DNA of 64,000 bases, taken from IMG/VR virus record IMGVR_UViG_3300045988_159775. One strand, 5' to 3'. The DNA comes from a virus. This document shows positions 26,764 to 35,222 of the stretch, in pieces (the stretch's first letter is position 1; each line of letters starts with the position of its first letter). The position numbers were made by a program, and so were the translations under genes. Under the pieces are notes generated by a model. That model ran no database searches. It was not told the DNA's origin and saw only the letters and a program-made list of their open reading frames with translations.

Positions 26764-26905
26764 TACCCATGTCACAGTTTACCATTCGACTATTTGACTT
26801 ATCAATTAAAAAAGTAATCCGGGACGCTTCCCAGAAGTCGCAACACGTAAATAAACAACTTAGTTCTTCAAACTAAAAAGAAGTTATGGAGTATCTAATA
26901 ACTGG

Positions 26906-27442
26906 TTATAAAATTTCTTCAAGTACGTATCTAACGTAACGTTGTTCAACTTCCCTCATTGCCTCTTCATCACCGCGTTCAATCTTCGATAGATACTCAA
27001 AAGTTTTTCTCAAAGGTATTCTTGCTATTTTCATCATATCTTCATACTCACGCGGAATGCGCTTTGTATTGAGTATTTCCGCTTTGTAGTTTATTCCGGC
27101 TATATCGGTCCGAATGAATACCGGATTTTGTAAACAAAATGGGTTGCTGGTATAAAGTTCAATTGCTATTAAAGCCGTCCGCGTTCCTTTCGTCTCTTCG
27201 TCTATCTTTATTACATACCCGTTGCGGATAATTCTATCATCATTCATCCAAATTATTTCCCTTACCCGTGCTTCCAATTCTTCGTCTGATAGACTGCTTG
27301 CTCTACGACTTTTTGTAATACGGTTAAGACGGAAAGAATCTACGAACTTTTGACGCGTTACGCCAAAATGTAAAATACATAGAGTCATTGTAATGATAAA
27401 TACAACTGCTACAAGGGCAATAAAAATATCTTCAAAATTCAT
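26906..27442 (-). CDS. membrane-anchored hypothetical protein downstream of the ECF sigma
   Basis: An N-terminal TM span (IFIALVAVVFIITMTLCILHF) followed by about 150 aa of soluble domain. Confidence 0.5.
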   Translation of the reverse strand: MNFEDIFIALVAVVFIITMTLCILHFGVTRQKFVDSFRLNRITKSRRASSLSDEELEARVREIIWMNDDRIIRNGYVIKIDEETKGTRTALIAIELYTSNPFCLQNPVFIRTDIAGINYKAEILNTKRIPREYEDMMKIARIPLRKTFEYLSKIERGDEEAMREVEQRYVRYVLEEIL

Positions 27443-27451
27443 AATACTATT

Positions 27452-27715
27452 TTAATCGGTTAAAACTTTTGTTAATTTCTTTCTGGCGTGAAAGATACGA
27501 CTTTTCAGCGTACCCATTTCTATCCCCATAATATTTGCTATTTCATCATACCTATATCCGCAAATCAAATAGTTGATTGGTACGCGGTATATTTCCGGTA
27601 GAGCAGCAATAGCACTTCGAACGTCCAGCGATCGCGAATAATCATCCGTGTCTTCTGTTAAGAGGTCTAAACGCTCAAACATGCTTCTTTCTTCCTCATC
27701 CACGTTATCTCTCAA
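27452..27715 (-). CDS. ECF sigma factor, region 4 fragment
   Basis: LPEIYRVPINYLICGYRYDEIANIMGIEMGTLKSRIFHARKKLTKVL matches sigma-70 region 4.2. It has only a TTG start, which lies inside a T7 run. Confidence 0.8.
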   Translation of the reverse strand: MRDNVDEEERSMFERLDLLTEDTDDYSRSLDVRSAIAALPEIYRVPINYLICGYRYDEIANIMGIEMGTLKSRIFHARKKLTKVLTD

Positions 27716-27953
27716 AAAAACTTTTGTTGCTGTATCTCTTATGAAGATTTATAAAAGAGTTCTTCAAAATCGTATATCCCCAAGCCTTGAGATTCGTTCC
27801 GTCTTCAAATTTATCCTTGTTAGAAAGCATACGGAGTATAACGTCACTTGCGAGGTCACGTGCCATCTCTACGTCTCCGGATAGAAGAACCTTAGCGCGA
27901 AGTAATAACGGCTCATACAAGGCAGATATTCGATCATCCAACGTGTCTTTCAT
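27705..27953 (-). CDS. ECF sigma factor, region 2 fragment
   Basis: ARDLASDVILRMLSNKDKFEDGTNLKAWGYTILKNSFINLHKR matches sigma-70 region 2. The ORF ends 2 codons after the T7 run. Confidence 0.8.
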   Translation of the reverse strand: MKDTLDDRISALYEPLLLRAKVLLSGDVEMARDLASDVILRMLSNKDKFEDGTNLKAWGYTILKNSFINLHKRYSNKSFFER

Positions 27954-27978
27954 TCTGACTCTCTCTTAATCTCTTTAT

Positions 27979-28134
27979 TCAACATCTTTGTATTTCAATA
28001 TTTTGTTCTCTATCTTCTTTTGAAGAGTTTAAACAAGAGTATACAGAAAAGGCTATGAAAACGTAAACTGCTACAAAGATTAATACGGCAACGACTCCCT
28101 TAATAGCATATTCCGTCAAAATCTCATCTTTCAT
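27979..28134 (-). CDS. small membrane ORF (51 aa, below the track cutoff)
   Basis: Hand translation gives MKDEILTEYAIKGVVAVLIFVAVYVFIAFSVYSCLNSSKEDREQNIEIQRC. Confidence 0.3.
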   Translation of the reverse strand: MKDEILTEYAIKGVVAVLIFVAVYVFIAFSVYSCLNSSKEDREQNIEIQRC

Positions 28135-28384
28135 AAAAACGTTCGCTTATATATCCAATTCCTTTTCTTCTTGTAAGTTTTTCTCAGTTGGATGAAAAAT
28201 TCTTTGTACAAACTCCTCAATATCCTTATCCGGTTTTGATCGATCATTGCTTGCATAAAGAGCGTCTCTGAAATCCTCCTCTGTTACTCCTTTTTGCTTA
28301 AAATTTTCCCTTATTTCTGAATGTTTGGAAACTCTATAAAATCTTCTTGAAACATATTCCCTTTCTCCTTTCTTAAATTCCCTA

Positions 28385-28555
28385 TTATAAACCTTGTAGA
28401 TCGAATATTATTTGTAAAAACAAAGAAGTCGCCAAAGACCAAAATAGCCATTCTGATAAGAAATTCTCAGGACGTACTAACTTATCCCAATGCAAACCTC
28501 CTTTTACTTCTCCAAAGCAATAGACCGTTACCGCGCAAATAAATATTCCAATCAT
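28385..28555 (-). CDS. small membrane ORF (56 aa, below the track cutoff)
   Basis: Hand translation gives MIGIFICAVTVYCFGEVKGGLHWDKLVRPENFLSEWLFWSLATSLFLQIIFDLQGL. Confidence 0.3.
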   Translation of the reverse strand: MIGIFICAVTVYCFGEVKGGLHWDKLVRPENFLSEWLFWSLATSLFLQIIFDLQGL

Positions 28556-28560
28556 AGTCT

Positions 28561-28821
28561 TTAAGGTTTATCCCAACTTACTCTCTCCGGTGCATACCGG
28601 AACGCGTATTGTACTTGCTTAAAGGAATGACGTCTTTTTATGTCGTCCTTGAGCGACTGGAATGCTAACGGAGAAATACGTACCGTTGCCTCATTGACAA
28701 TCTTTATAGAACGCTTAGAGATATAATACCGCCAAAAGTATTCCTTTTCTTCTACCCAAAACGAAACGTACAAAAGAACGCTTGACGGATTTTCTTCCAA
28801 AACTTTTGCTACAATATTCAT
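28561..28821 (-). CDS. hypothetical protein
   Basis: 86-aa ORF preceded by an AGGAGG Shine-Dalgarno-like sequence. Confidence 0.5.
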   Translation of the reverse strand: MNIVAKVLEENPSSVLLYVSFWVEEKEYFWRYYISKRSIKIVNEATVRISPLAFQSLKDDIKRRHSFKQVQYAFRYAPERVSWDKP

Positions 28822-28830
28822 AACTACCTC

Positions 28831-30078
28831 CTATTTCTTTTTGTTAGTTTTCTTTTCTCCTGTATAGTAGTCCCGGTTACGTACCTTGCCTTGATTCTCT
28901 GAACGCTTGGAGAATATTATCTTATCCTTAGCGCGTCCAAAACCTCTCTTAACGGGCTGGAACGGTTCTTCGTCTACAGGTTCACGCAAGGCTTCTGCTT
29001 CCACGTCCATACGTCCTTGACGCTGCTCCAAATCCTCCTTTTGGCGGCGAATCTTATTCAAGAACATTTCCTTTGTTCTTTGAGCGGATGTCTTTTCCTC
29101 CTCCGTTACTTCCTCTGCCTTGATGTCTTGTACTTCTCGTCCGCTTTGTTTCTCAATAGCCGTAAAATCATAAGCCATCGTTGACGGGTATACCATCTCT
29201 GCTTGCGGATCATAATCACCTCCTATATCAACGAACTTTGCGTAGTAGGAATTATGCAGACCGGCAATCAATTTCTTTAGATCGAATCCCATACGGGCTG
29301 CAACGCGTCCCAAGATAATCTCTTTCAGATTTATTGTCTTGAGAATTTCCTTTTGTATATGATTCTGAATAGTAGCTTCTATATTTAAGTCCAAGACTCC
29401 GTTAATGTTCAAAACGTCTCCCTCTGCTTCCTTGCGGATTTGCTCCAGAGTACGTAGCATTGCATTATACGCGTCTATGGAATTCAGAACTATATACCGG
29501 GATTTCATTTTAGAATACATCCAACAGAGTTCGTCCAAACGAGGTCTCTTGTTATACAACCGTACGTCCGTTATCTTATTCCGGTATTCTTCCCGTCTCC
29601 GTTCAATTTCTATTATATGAGTCTTCAAAACTCTTTTGACATCATCCTCTGATACGCATATTCCGTTTTCCTCTCCAAGAATCTTCATAACCTCTGGTAC
29701 GGTAAACATACGTCCAAGAAGTTCCATTATGTCTTCCTCATAGGGGCTTAACTTATATCCTCTCTCCTTATCCGTCCTTTGATTCTTCCCAAGACATCCT
29801 GCTCGTCCATAAGCCTTGGCGCTTGCTGCAGACCTTTTGGCGTTCAGTGACATCCACTTCTTTTTCATCTCCATAAGATCTTCTTGTTCTTTGGTAGACA
29901 AGTGTTCTATGGCTTTGGCGAAAAGATGAGGCATAAGTCCAAGGCTTACTTCTTCCCCAGTAGAAACTATTTGGCGGGGATTGCGAAGTAGGGGATGAGA
30001 ATTATACGCATACCACTTTAGGTATTCTCTCGCATTTACAACATCCTCTGGTATAGGTATCTTTCTTCTTTCTTCCAT
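28831..30078 (-). CDS. hypothetical protein
   Basis: 415-aa ORF. A possible HTH lies around MFTVPEVMKILGEENGICVSEDDVKRVL, but no firm motif was recognised. Confidence 0.55.
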   Translation of the reverse strand: MEERRKIPIPEDVVNAREYLKWYAYNSHPLLRNPRQIVSTGEEVSLGLMPHLFAKAIEHLSTKEQEDLMEMKKKWMSLNAKRSAASAKAYGRAGCLGKNQRTDKERGYKLSPYEEDIMELLGRMFTVPEVMKILGEENGICVSEDDVKRVLKTHIIEIERRREEYRNKITDVRLYNKRPRLDELCWMYSKMKSRYIVLNSIDAYNAMLRTLEQIRKEAEGDVLNINGVLDLNIEATIQNHIQKEILKTINLKEIILGRVAARMGFDLKKLIAGLHNSYYAKFVDIGGDYDPQAEMVYPSTMAYDFTAIEKQSGREVQDIKAEEVTEEEKTSAQRTKEMFLNKIRRQKEDLEQRQGRMDVEAEALREPVDEEPFQPVKRGFGRAKDKIIFSKRSENQGKVRNRDYYTGEKKTNKKK

Positions 30079-30102
30079 ACAATTTTTTTTATTGTTACGA
30101 TT

Positions 30103-30408
30103 TTATTCGCTTCCCTCTATATCTGCGCTTCCCTTGGCGTATGGGGTTCTACGGCGTAGTCTCTTCGTATTCGGGGCGATACGGAGACGCGTGAGACGGA
30201 TAACGGTCACGGGCTGATCGGAAAGTATGGGCGTGTATTCTGATATTCCCTCTACGCGCCAATCATCCTTTTTTTGTATTGCGGTCATTATCTGCATACG
30301 CCTTAAATTACGGTATAGGAAGATACGGAAAGAGCGTTTTGAGTCTTTCCTTAGAACTGCGGTGCGATCATAGCCCTTGAGTAAATCCTTTAATTCTTTT
30401 TCACTCAT
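30103..30408 (-). CDS. hypothetical basic protein
   Basis: 101-aa ORF. Confidence 0.45.
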   Translation of the reverse strand: MSEKELKDLLKGYDRTAVLRKDSKRSFRIFLYRNLRRMQIMTAIQKKDDWRVEGISEYTPILSDQPVTVIRLTRLRIAPNTKRLRRRTPYAKGSADIEGSE

Positions 30409-30423
30409 ATTTCTCTATCTCTA

Positions 30424-30573
30424 CTATCTACGTCTTTTCTTCTTTTTCCAATTCTCTATTATCTCCAAGAGAAGCGTTGAGGGGGCAAAACGTTTTTCTT
30501 TCCTTTTGGCTTGATGACGGCGTAGGAGTTCTTGCGGAGTAGTGCACTGACGGCTTTGTTCCTTTTTTTTCAT
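30424..30573 (-). CDS. small basic ORF (49 aa, below the track cutoff)
   Basis: Hand translation gives MKKKEQSRQCTTPQELLRRHQAKRKEKRFAPSTLLLEIIENWKKKKRRR. Confidence 0.25.
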   Translation of the reverse strand: MKKKEQSRQCTTPQELLRRHQAKRKEKRFAPSTLLLEIIENWKKKKRRR

Positions 30574-30586
30574 ATCCCTCTATCTA

Positions 30587-31359
30587 TTATTTTTCAAAAA
30601 ATTCAATAAACTCTTCTTTAGTCACTACAATGTGATTAGCGTCTCCCGGTACATACTTATAGTCTACGAAGAGATCGCGCCATAGAACGTCAACAATGAC
30701 TTCCTCTGCGGTGATCTTGCCTTGTTCCCTTAATACGTTTTCCATAATCCCGTGAGAATGCAATTTTGGAGTTCTCAAAGAAATTAATTCCGTATCATCA
30801 TCTCCTTTCAAAATCGGAGTTTTAATAAGTTTTTCCCATTCCTCACGAAACTCTTTAAGTGTCATAGCAGCATTGCGGCTTTTCTTATCAATATTAGGGG
30901 ATTCTGTAACTATTGATCCAGCAAAGATTTTACCTAAACAATAATACCATCTCCCAATAATAGGGCTTTTACAATAATGATTATGACGCTCAAATATCAA
31001 ATTAGGAATTTCTCCAAATCCGCTTTCCTTTATCCAAGTAGATAACATATCATCATCCAAATAAGATACATCTCCAAATAAGATACATCTCCAAACATAA
31101 GGCTTGGGAGATGAAACGTATGATCGGGATTTTCCGCTGCCGTTAGACAAAGCAATACTATGTTTGATCTTAATACGGTTGGCGGCAATGGACTACCGCT
31201 GCTTGTTACCGTTGGTATACCATAGGCGCGTCCTGATATCTGTCCTACTGTGAAGTAATTCGCGCCAAAATTAGTAATTGCATAATTAGCCATCTCTGAA
31301 ATGTGTGTTCCTCTAACGTCTGTTGAGAAACAAAGGATGTCAATGTTACTTTTTTCCAT
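30587..31359 (-). pseudogene. gene split into two overlapping ORFs by a 17-bp tandem duplication
   Basis: ORFs 31030..31359 and 30587..31150 both read FGDVSYL across the repeat. Deleting one 17-bp unit gives a single 251-aa ORF (..PSLMFGDVSYLDDDMLSTWIKESGF..). Confidence 0.75.
31057..31095 (-). repeat. 17-bp tandem duplication (TTTGGAGATGTATCTTA, two full copies plus a partial third)
   Basis: On the plus strand, taagatacatctccaaa occurs at 31062-31078 and again at 31079-31095, preceded by tccaaa. Confidence 0.95.
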
Positions 31360-31368
31360 AATTCCTTT

Positions 31369-31545
31369 TTATAAGTTAATTTGATCTTGTATTGCTGAAT
31401 TGAGACTAAAACTGTCTTTGGGGTAAATTCCCTCACCCAGTCCTGTACGGAGGTCTACGTAATAGTTTTGGGAATCTTCTGATATTACCGCAGAGGGGAA
31501 CTGCGGTAATTCGATACTTAAGATTTTTCTTTCTTCTTGAAACAT
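31369..31545 (-). CDS. small hypothetical ORF (58 aa, below the track cutoff)
   Basis: AAAGGAGGAAAGAAT-ATG, then MFQEERKILSIELPQFPSAVISEDSQNYYVDLRTGLGEGIYPKDSFSLNSAIQDQINL. Confidence 0.35.
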   Translation of the reverse strand: MFQEERKILSIELPQFPSAVISEDSQNYYVDLRTGLGEGIYPKDSFSLNSAIQDQINL

Positions 31546-31560
31546 ATTCTTTCCTCCTTT

Positions 31561-31770
31561 TTAGAATTCTACAAAAATTATACGTTCTCCGTTTCCACCC
31601 TTACGACTAACCCAAAGGTGATTTTTACCGAATCCATATTCAAAGTGTTTAATTTCTGTAGCATGGAAAGATATAAAAGTTCTCAATTGATGTTCGGTAT
31701 CTGAATTTGTAATGATATTAAGTATTTCTACAAATTCCATTGCTTCTACTGATGTTGCGCCTACTAACAT
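31561..31770 (-). CDS. hypothetical protein (behind cassette E)
   Basis: 69-aa ORF. Its ATG overlaps the end of an 8-codon leader ORF (MKATVETC). Confidence 0.45.
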   Translation of the reverse strand: MLVGATSVEAMEFVEILNIITNSDTEHQLRTFISFHATEIKHFEYGFGKNHLWVSRKGGNGERIIFVEF

Positions 31771-31790
31771 GTTTCTACTGTTGCTTTCAT

Positions 31791-31946
31791 AATTTTCTGT
31801 ATTTTTAGTTTGTTATTTCTTAATTACACTACAAAGATAGTGACTTTGAGAATATCTACAAGACTTTTACCCAAATATTTTATGGAAAACCAAGGAATTT
31901 AACTTTTGTTAAAAGAAAAGGACTACTTTCCCAAGCAATCCTTAGC
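31791..31946 (-). repeat. promoter/leader cassette copy E
   Basis: It shares the distal 57-bp module (31890-31946), the promoter boxes and the leader with copies A and C. Confidence 0.85.
31832..31862 (-). promoter_or_regulatory. Bacteroidetes-type promoter
   Basis: Minus strand CTTG-TAGATATTCTCAAAGTCAC-TATCTTTG (N19). Confidence 0.6.
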
Positions 31947-31998
31947 ATAAAGTGATAATCTAACTTATAGAAAATTACAACAAACAATATAAACTATG

Positions 31999-32247
31999 CT
32001 ATATCTCTTTATATTCAAAACCTCTCCGGTCGCAAGTCTCTTTATTATATAGGTAATACTCCCAATGATTTATCATACAAATGAATCCTTGACAATTTGC
32101 AGTTGTAGGTATTTTCGATATTATATCCAAGCCCTTTATAAATGCGGTATCGCTTGCGATATGATCAACCGTTGATACTCCTACTAATTTACCGTGAGAT
32201 ATTACCATTACTTTATCGCCCACGGTCAGTTTTCTGTACTCCATCAT
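31999..32247 (-). CDS. hypothetical protein
   Basis: 82-aa ORF with an ATGA overlap. Confidence 0.45.
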   Translation of the reverse strand: MMEYRKLTVGDKVMVISHGKLVGVSTVDHIASDTAFIKGLDIISKIPTTANCQGFICMINHWEYYLYNKETCDRRGFEYKEI

Positions 32248-32765
32248 AACTTAAAGGTTTTCTTCCAAGACTCATATTCCTCTTTTTCTTTCTCCGATAA
32301 AGAGAACCTGCGTATGCCTTGCTCGTATAGAAGATCAACGTAGTTATTCTCAAAATCAGTCTTAGCAAAGGACGGTATTTCTACCTCCATCTCAAACATT
32401 ACGATCTTCCAAGACTTGTTTTTGATATATCCTGAAGATAATTTGATCATATGACGCATTTGAAAAACGTCCAACATACTCGTTCCTCTCAAAGCAAATT
32501 CCGGCACATACGTTATCGTAGGAGGATTATTTGCTGAACTGGGAGAAACTAACCTTTGTAGATATACTTTCTTTCCATTAGCATCCAGTGATTGCGCTAA
32601 ATAAAATCTACCTTTTTGTTTTTCCATCGCTCTTAGGTTTTTCTTTGCTTCTATTAACTTTGGGGACGGGGATAAACTTTCTTGGCGGTCTTGACAATTC
32701 TTCTCCTTTCTCAATATTGAGCTCATCGTCAAGAGCTTTTTTGTTAATATTTTCCATGATTGCAT
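32244..32765 (-). CDS. hypothetical protein
   Basis: 173-aa ORF. An alternative ATG at 32726 would avoid overlap with the helicase gene. Confidence 0.5.
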   Translation of the reverse strand: MQSWKILTKKLLTMSSILRKEKNCQDRQESLSPSPKLIEAKKNLRAMEKQKGRFYLAQSLDANGKKVYLQRLVSPSSANNPPTITYVPEFALRGTSMLDVFQMRHMIKLSSGYIKNKSWKIVMFEMEVEIPSFAKTDFENNYVDLLYEQGIRRFSLSEKEKEEYESWKKTFKL

Positions 32766-34237
32766 TCTATTTTAGTTTTAATTTCTTGATCAAATGTAAC
32801 TTTTGATACATACGTTAAATCCCTCTTGGCGCGCGTTATCGCTACGTAGAAAAGATTCTTTTCTTGCTTTATTTGCCATTCTTGGGTAGCAAACCTACTG
32901 GGGATGAGTTCGGGGCAAATGAAGAAGATTTTATCATTTTCCAAGCCTTTTGCCTTATGAATAGTAGAAAGTAGTATTCCGCGTACTTCGTCCGAAAAAA
33001 TGCTTTGTATTAACGTCCTCAAGCCTTTTATAGTCTCTACTTCCTCTGCCAAACATTCTATTACTTCTATCTTTTGAAGCAAGGTTTCCATCTTGGGGTG
33101 CTTATCCGGTTCTTTAATGCCTTTCTTGGAGAGTTTCTCAATCAAACGTTCTTGCTCTCTTTCTAAGTTCTTCAAAAGTCCGTCAACCGTACTTCCGCCT
33201 ACCTTATTTATCAAAGCAAGAATTCCCTCTCCAATCTCCTTTCCTCTGATCTTGCACTTGATCTTATTCTTTATCAACCAAATATATGCTTCAACCAAAG
33301 GTTTGAGATTACGGCAAAGAATCCAATCTCCATCCTTTATTTCCTTTAAACTTCCCCATTTCACTTCACCGTCCTCTGCCGTAGGGGAATAGGAAATTTG
33401 AGGAACAATTTTTTGGGCTTCCCAGACTACGTTTTTTGAACAACGGTACGATATAGACAACGGAAGCCGGATTGCCTTGCCGTTCAGATCGGCTAACTTT
33501 TCATAGGAGTTTTCATCAGCGCCGGCAAATCCATATATTGCTTGACGTGGATCGCCAACGGTAATCAACCGCCCTCTACGGTTTATGCATTTACGTATGA
33601 ATTCTTGCTGACAAATGGAAAAATCCTGAGCTTCATCGCAAAATACGTAATCATATTTTCTCATCCGTATAGAGGAATCATAGACGGGTTGATAAACCAT
33701 ATCCATGAAATCAAAACAAGAACGGTCGCGATTCATAGCCTCAAAGACTTCTACTGCCATCCTCTTCTCAACGTCCTCTATATTCAAATCGTATCTCTCA
33801 CCGATCCATTCTACCGACTCCGGCTCAGGAGGAAGTAGGTTACAACGCATAAGATCAATGATCTGAGGAATAGCATAGAGGAACCAGCCCCGTTTACGTT
33901 CGTCAATCTCATAGTGCGCAAGTGCTTTCTCCGTCTTTATTAAAGCCTTTGCGGGAGTCATTTTCACCTTACTACCGTACCTCATTAGTATAGCGCGCCA
34001 ACCGCAAGAATGAATCGTACTTATAAATACATCGCGTCTCGTATTCCTTTTCTTTAACTCATCAACAATAGAGTTATTAAACGCCAAAAATAAAGAACTT
34101 TCATCAACGGGAATAAATTTTAATAATTCTAATAATGTTGTTGTCTTGCCTGACCCGGCTACGGCTGAAATATTAAGGTCGCGCTGGGTAAGGTTAAAAG
34201 CCTTGTAAATTGCTATTTGATTTTTACTGGGTGTCAT
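32744..34237 (-). CDS. UvrD/Rep/PcrA-like SF1 DNA helicase
   Basis: Motifs AVAGSGKTTTL, FCDEAQDFS, VGDPRQAIYGFAGA, SYRCSKNV, STIHKAKGLE and YVAITRAKRDL. Confidence 0.85.
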   Translation of the reverse strand: MTPSKNQIAIYKAFNLTQRDLNISAVAGSGKTTTLLELLKFIPVDESSLFLAFNNSIVDELKKRNTRRDVFISTIHSCGWRAILMRYGSKVKMTPAKALIKTEKALAHYEIDERKRGWFLYAIPQIIDLMRCNLLPPEPESVEWIGERYDLNIEDVEKRMAVEVFEAMNRDRSCFDFMDMVYQPVYDSSIRMRKYDYVFCDEAQDFSICQQEFIRKCINRRGRLITVGDPRQAIYGFAGADENSYEKLADLNGKAIRLPLSISYRCSKNVVWEAQKIVPQISYSPTAEDGEVKWGSLKEIKDGDWILCRNLKPLVEAYIWLIKNKIKCKIRGKEIGEGILALINKVGGSTVDGLLKNLEREQERLIEKLSKKGIKEPDKHPKMETLLQKIEVIECLAEEVETIKGLRTLIQSIFSDEVRGILLSTIHKAKGLENDKIFFICPELIPSRFATQEWQIKQEKNLFYVAITRAKRDLTYVSKVTFDQEIKTKIECNHGKY

Positions 34238-34593
34238 AATCTTCTTTTTCTATCATCCCCAACCTGCATCCAAAGGAACCATTGAGCCGTTTTGTAAAAT
34301 TGACAACGCACAACGGGCGACTCATCTATCGTAGCGTTATACATAGCAATGAATGCCGTCCGGTTGGAATAGTTAGCCGATTGTTTTGTTAAGAAGTCTG
34401 TTATGTTAACCCCCTCTACGGTATTGAAATCTAAGGATTGCGCGGAATTAAAATAAGACTCCGTGAAATTGAATACCGAAAAGAATACACATGATCCATC
34501 CGGATTGATAATTTGTAAAATAGAACAACCCTCCAAAATAAGGGATTCTATTGCTTTTTGATAAACTAAAAAATCTGCTGCATTTCCGTTCAT
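34234..34593 (-). CDS. hypothetical protein
   Basis: 119-aa ORF with ATGA overlaps on both sides. Confidence 0.5.
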   Translation of the reverse strand: MNGNAADFLVYQKAIESLILEGCSILQIINPDGSCVFFSVFNFTESYFNSAQSLDFNTVEGVNITDFLTKQSANYSNRTAFIAMYNATIDESPVVRCQFYKTAQWFLWMQVGDDRKRRL

Positions 34594-35216
34594 AATTCTC
34601 CTTGTTCTTGTAAATTCATTAGTATTTCCTTTATACGTTTTAACGCTGTTCCATATTGCACGGAGGTTACATCAGGATTCTTCTTCAAAAAATCTGACGG
34701 TTTCATATCTTGTAAACGACTGATAGTAATCCTACGTTCCAATTCAGAAAACCCGTTTATATCCATTAATATTCCTATCGTATCCGGCTTTTCCCTTTGG
34801 CGAAGATCAGGATGGCACGTGTAGATCGCTTCCGTCATTTCTATTTTATCATTCACCAATGCTCTTTGATAATCCTTGAAAAATTTACGAGAAAGGGATT
34901 TGTTGAAATAAAAATAGAAGTTATGGTTTGGGAGAACTTTATATTTTTCAATGCATTTGTCGAATACCAAAAAACATTCTGATACTAATTCATCGCGCGG
35001 TGGAAAATCCTCTGGGGGTACGGGTGTATTATTTAAAAGGTTAAGATAATTTGTTATATTTTTTACCACAATATCTTTCATCATACGGAATACTAAATTT
35101 CTAAACGCCAAGCGTCTTCGTTCCGTATTACCGAATTTTATCATGACCAAGAATTTATTTACCTGCTTCGGGCGGTAATGGTATTCTTTTGCGAAAATTT
35201 CGTTCTCCAAAGACAT
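34590..35216 (-). CDS. divergent sigma-70-family-like protein (tentative)
   Basis: A region-2-like block (ELVSECFLVFDKCIEKYK..FYFYFNKSLSRKFFKDYQR) and a region-4-like block (LERRITISRLQDMKPSDFLKKNPDVTSVQYGTALKRIKEIL). Confidence 0.35.
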   Translation of the reverse strand: MSLENEIFAKEYHYRPKQVNKFLVMIKFGNTERRRLAFRNLVFRMMKDIVVKNITNYLNLLNNTPVPPEDFPPRDELVSECFLVFDKCIEKYKVLPNHNFYFYFNKSLSRKFFKDYQRALVNDKIEMTEAIYTCHPDLRQREKPDTIGILMDINGFSELERRITISRLQDMKPSDFLKKNPDVTSVQYGTALKRIKEILMNLQEQGEL

Positions 35217-35222
35217 AGTGAG

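Noticed and set aside
26906-27442. An anti-sigma factor call for the membrane protein downstream of the ECF sigma.
   Set aside because: Its position fits, but the TM helix is at the extreme N-terminus, and there is no cytoplasmic zinc-binding or other anti-sigma domain ahead of it. I left it as hypothetical.
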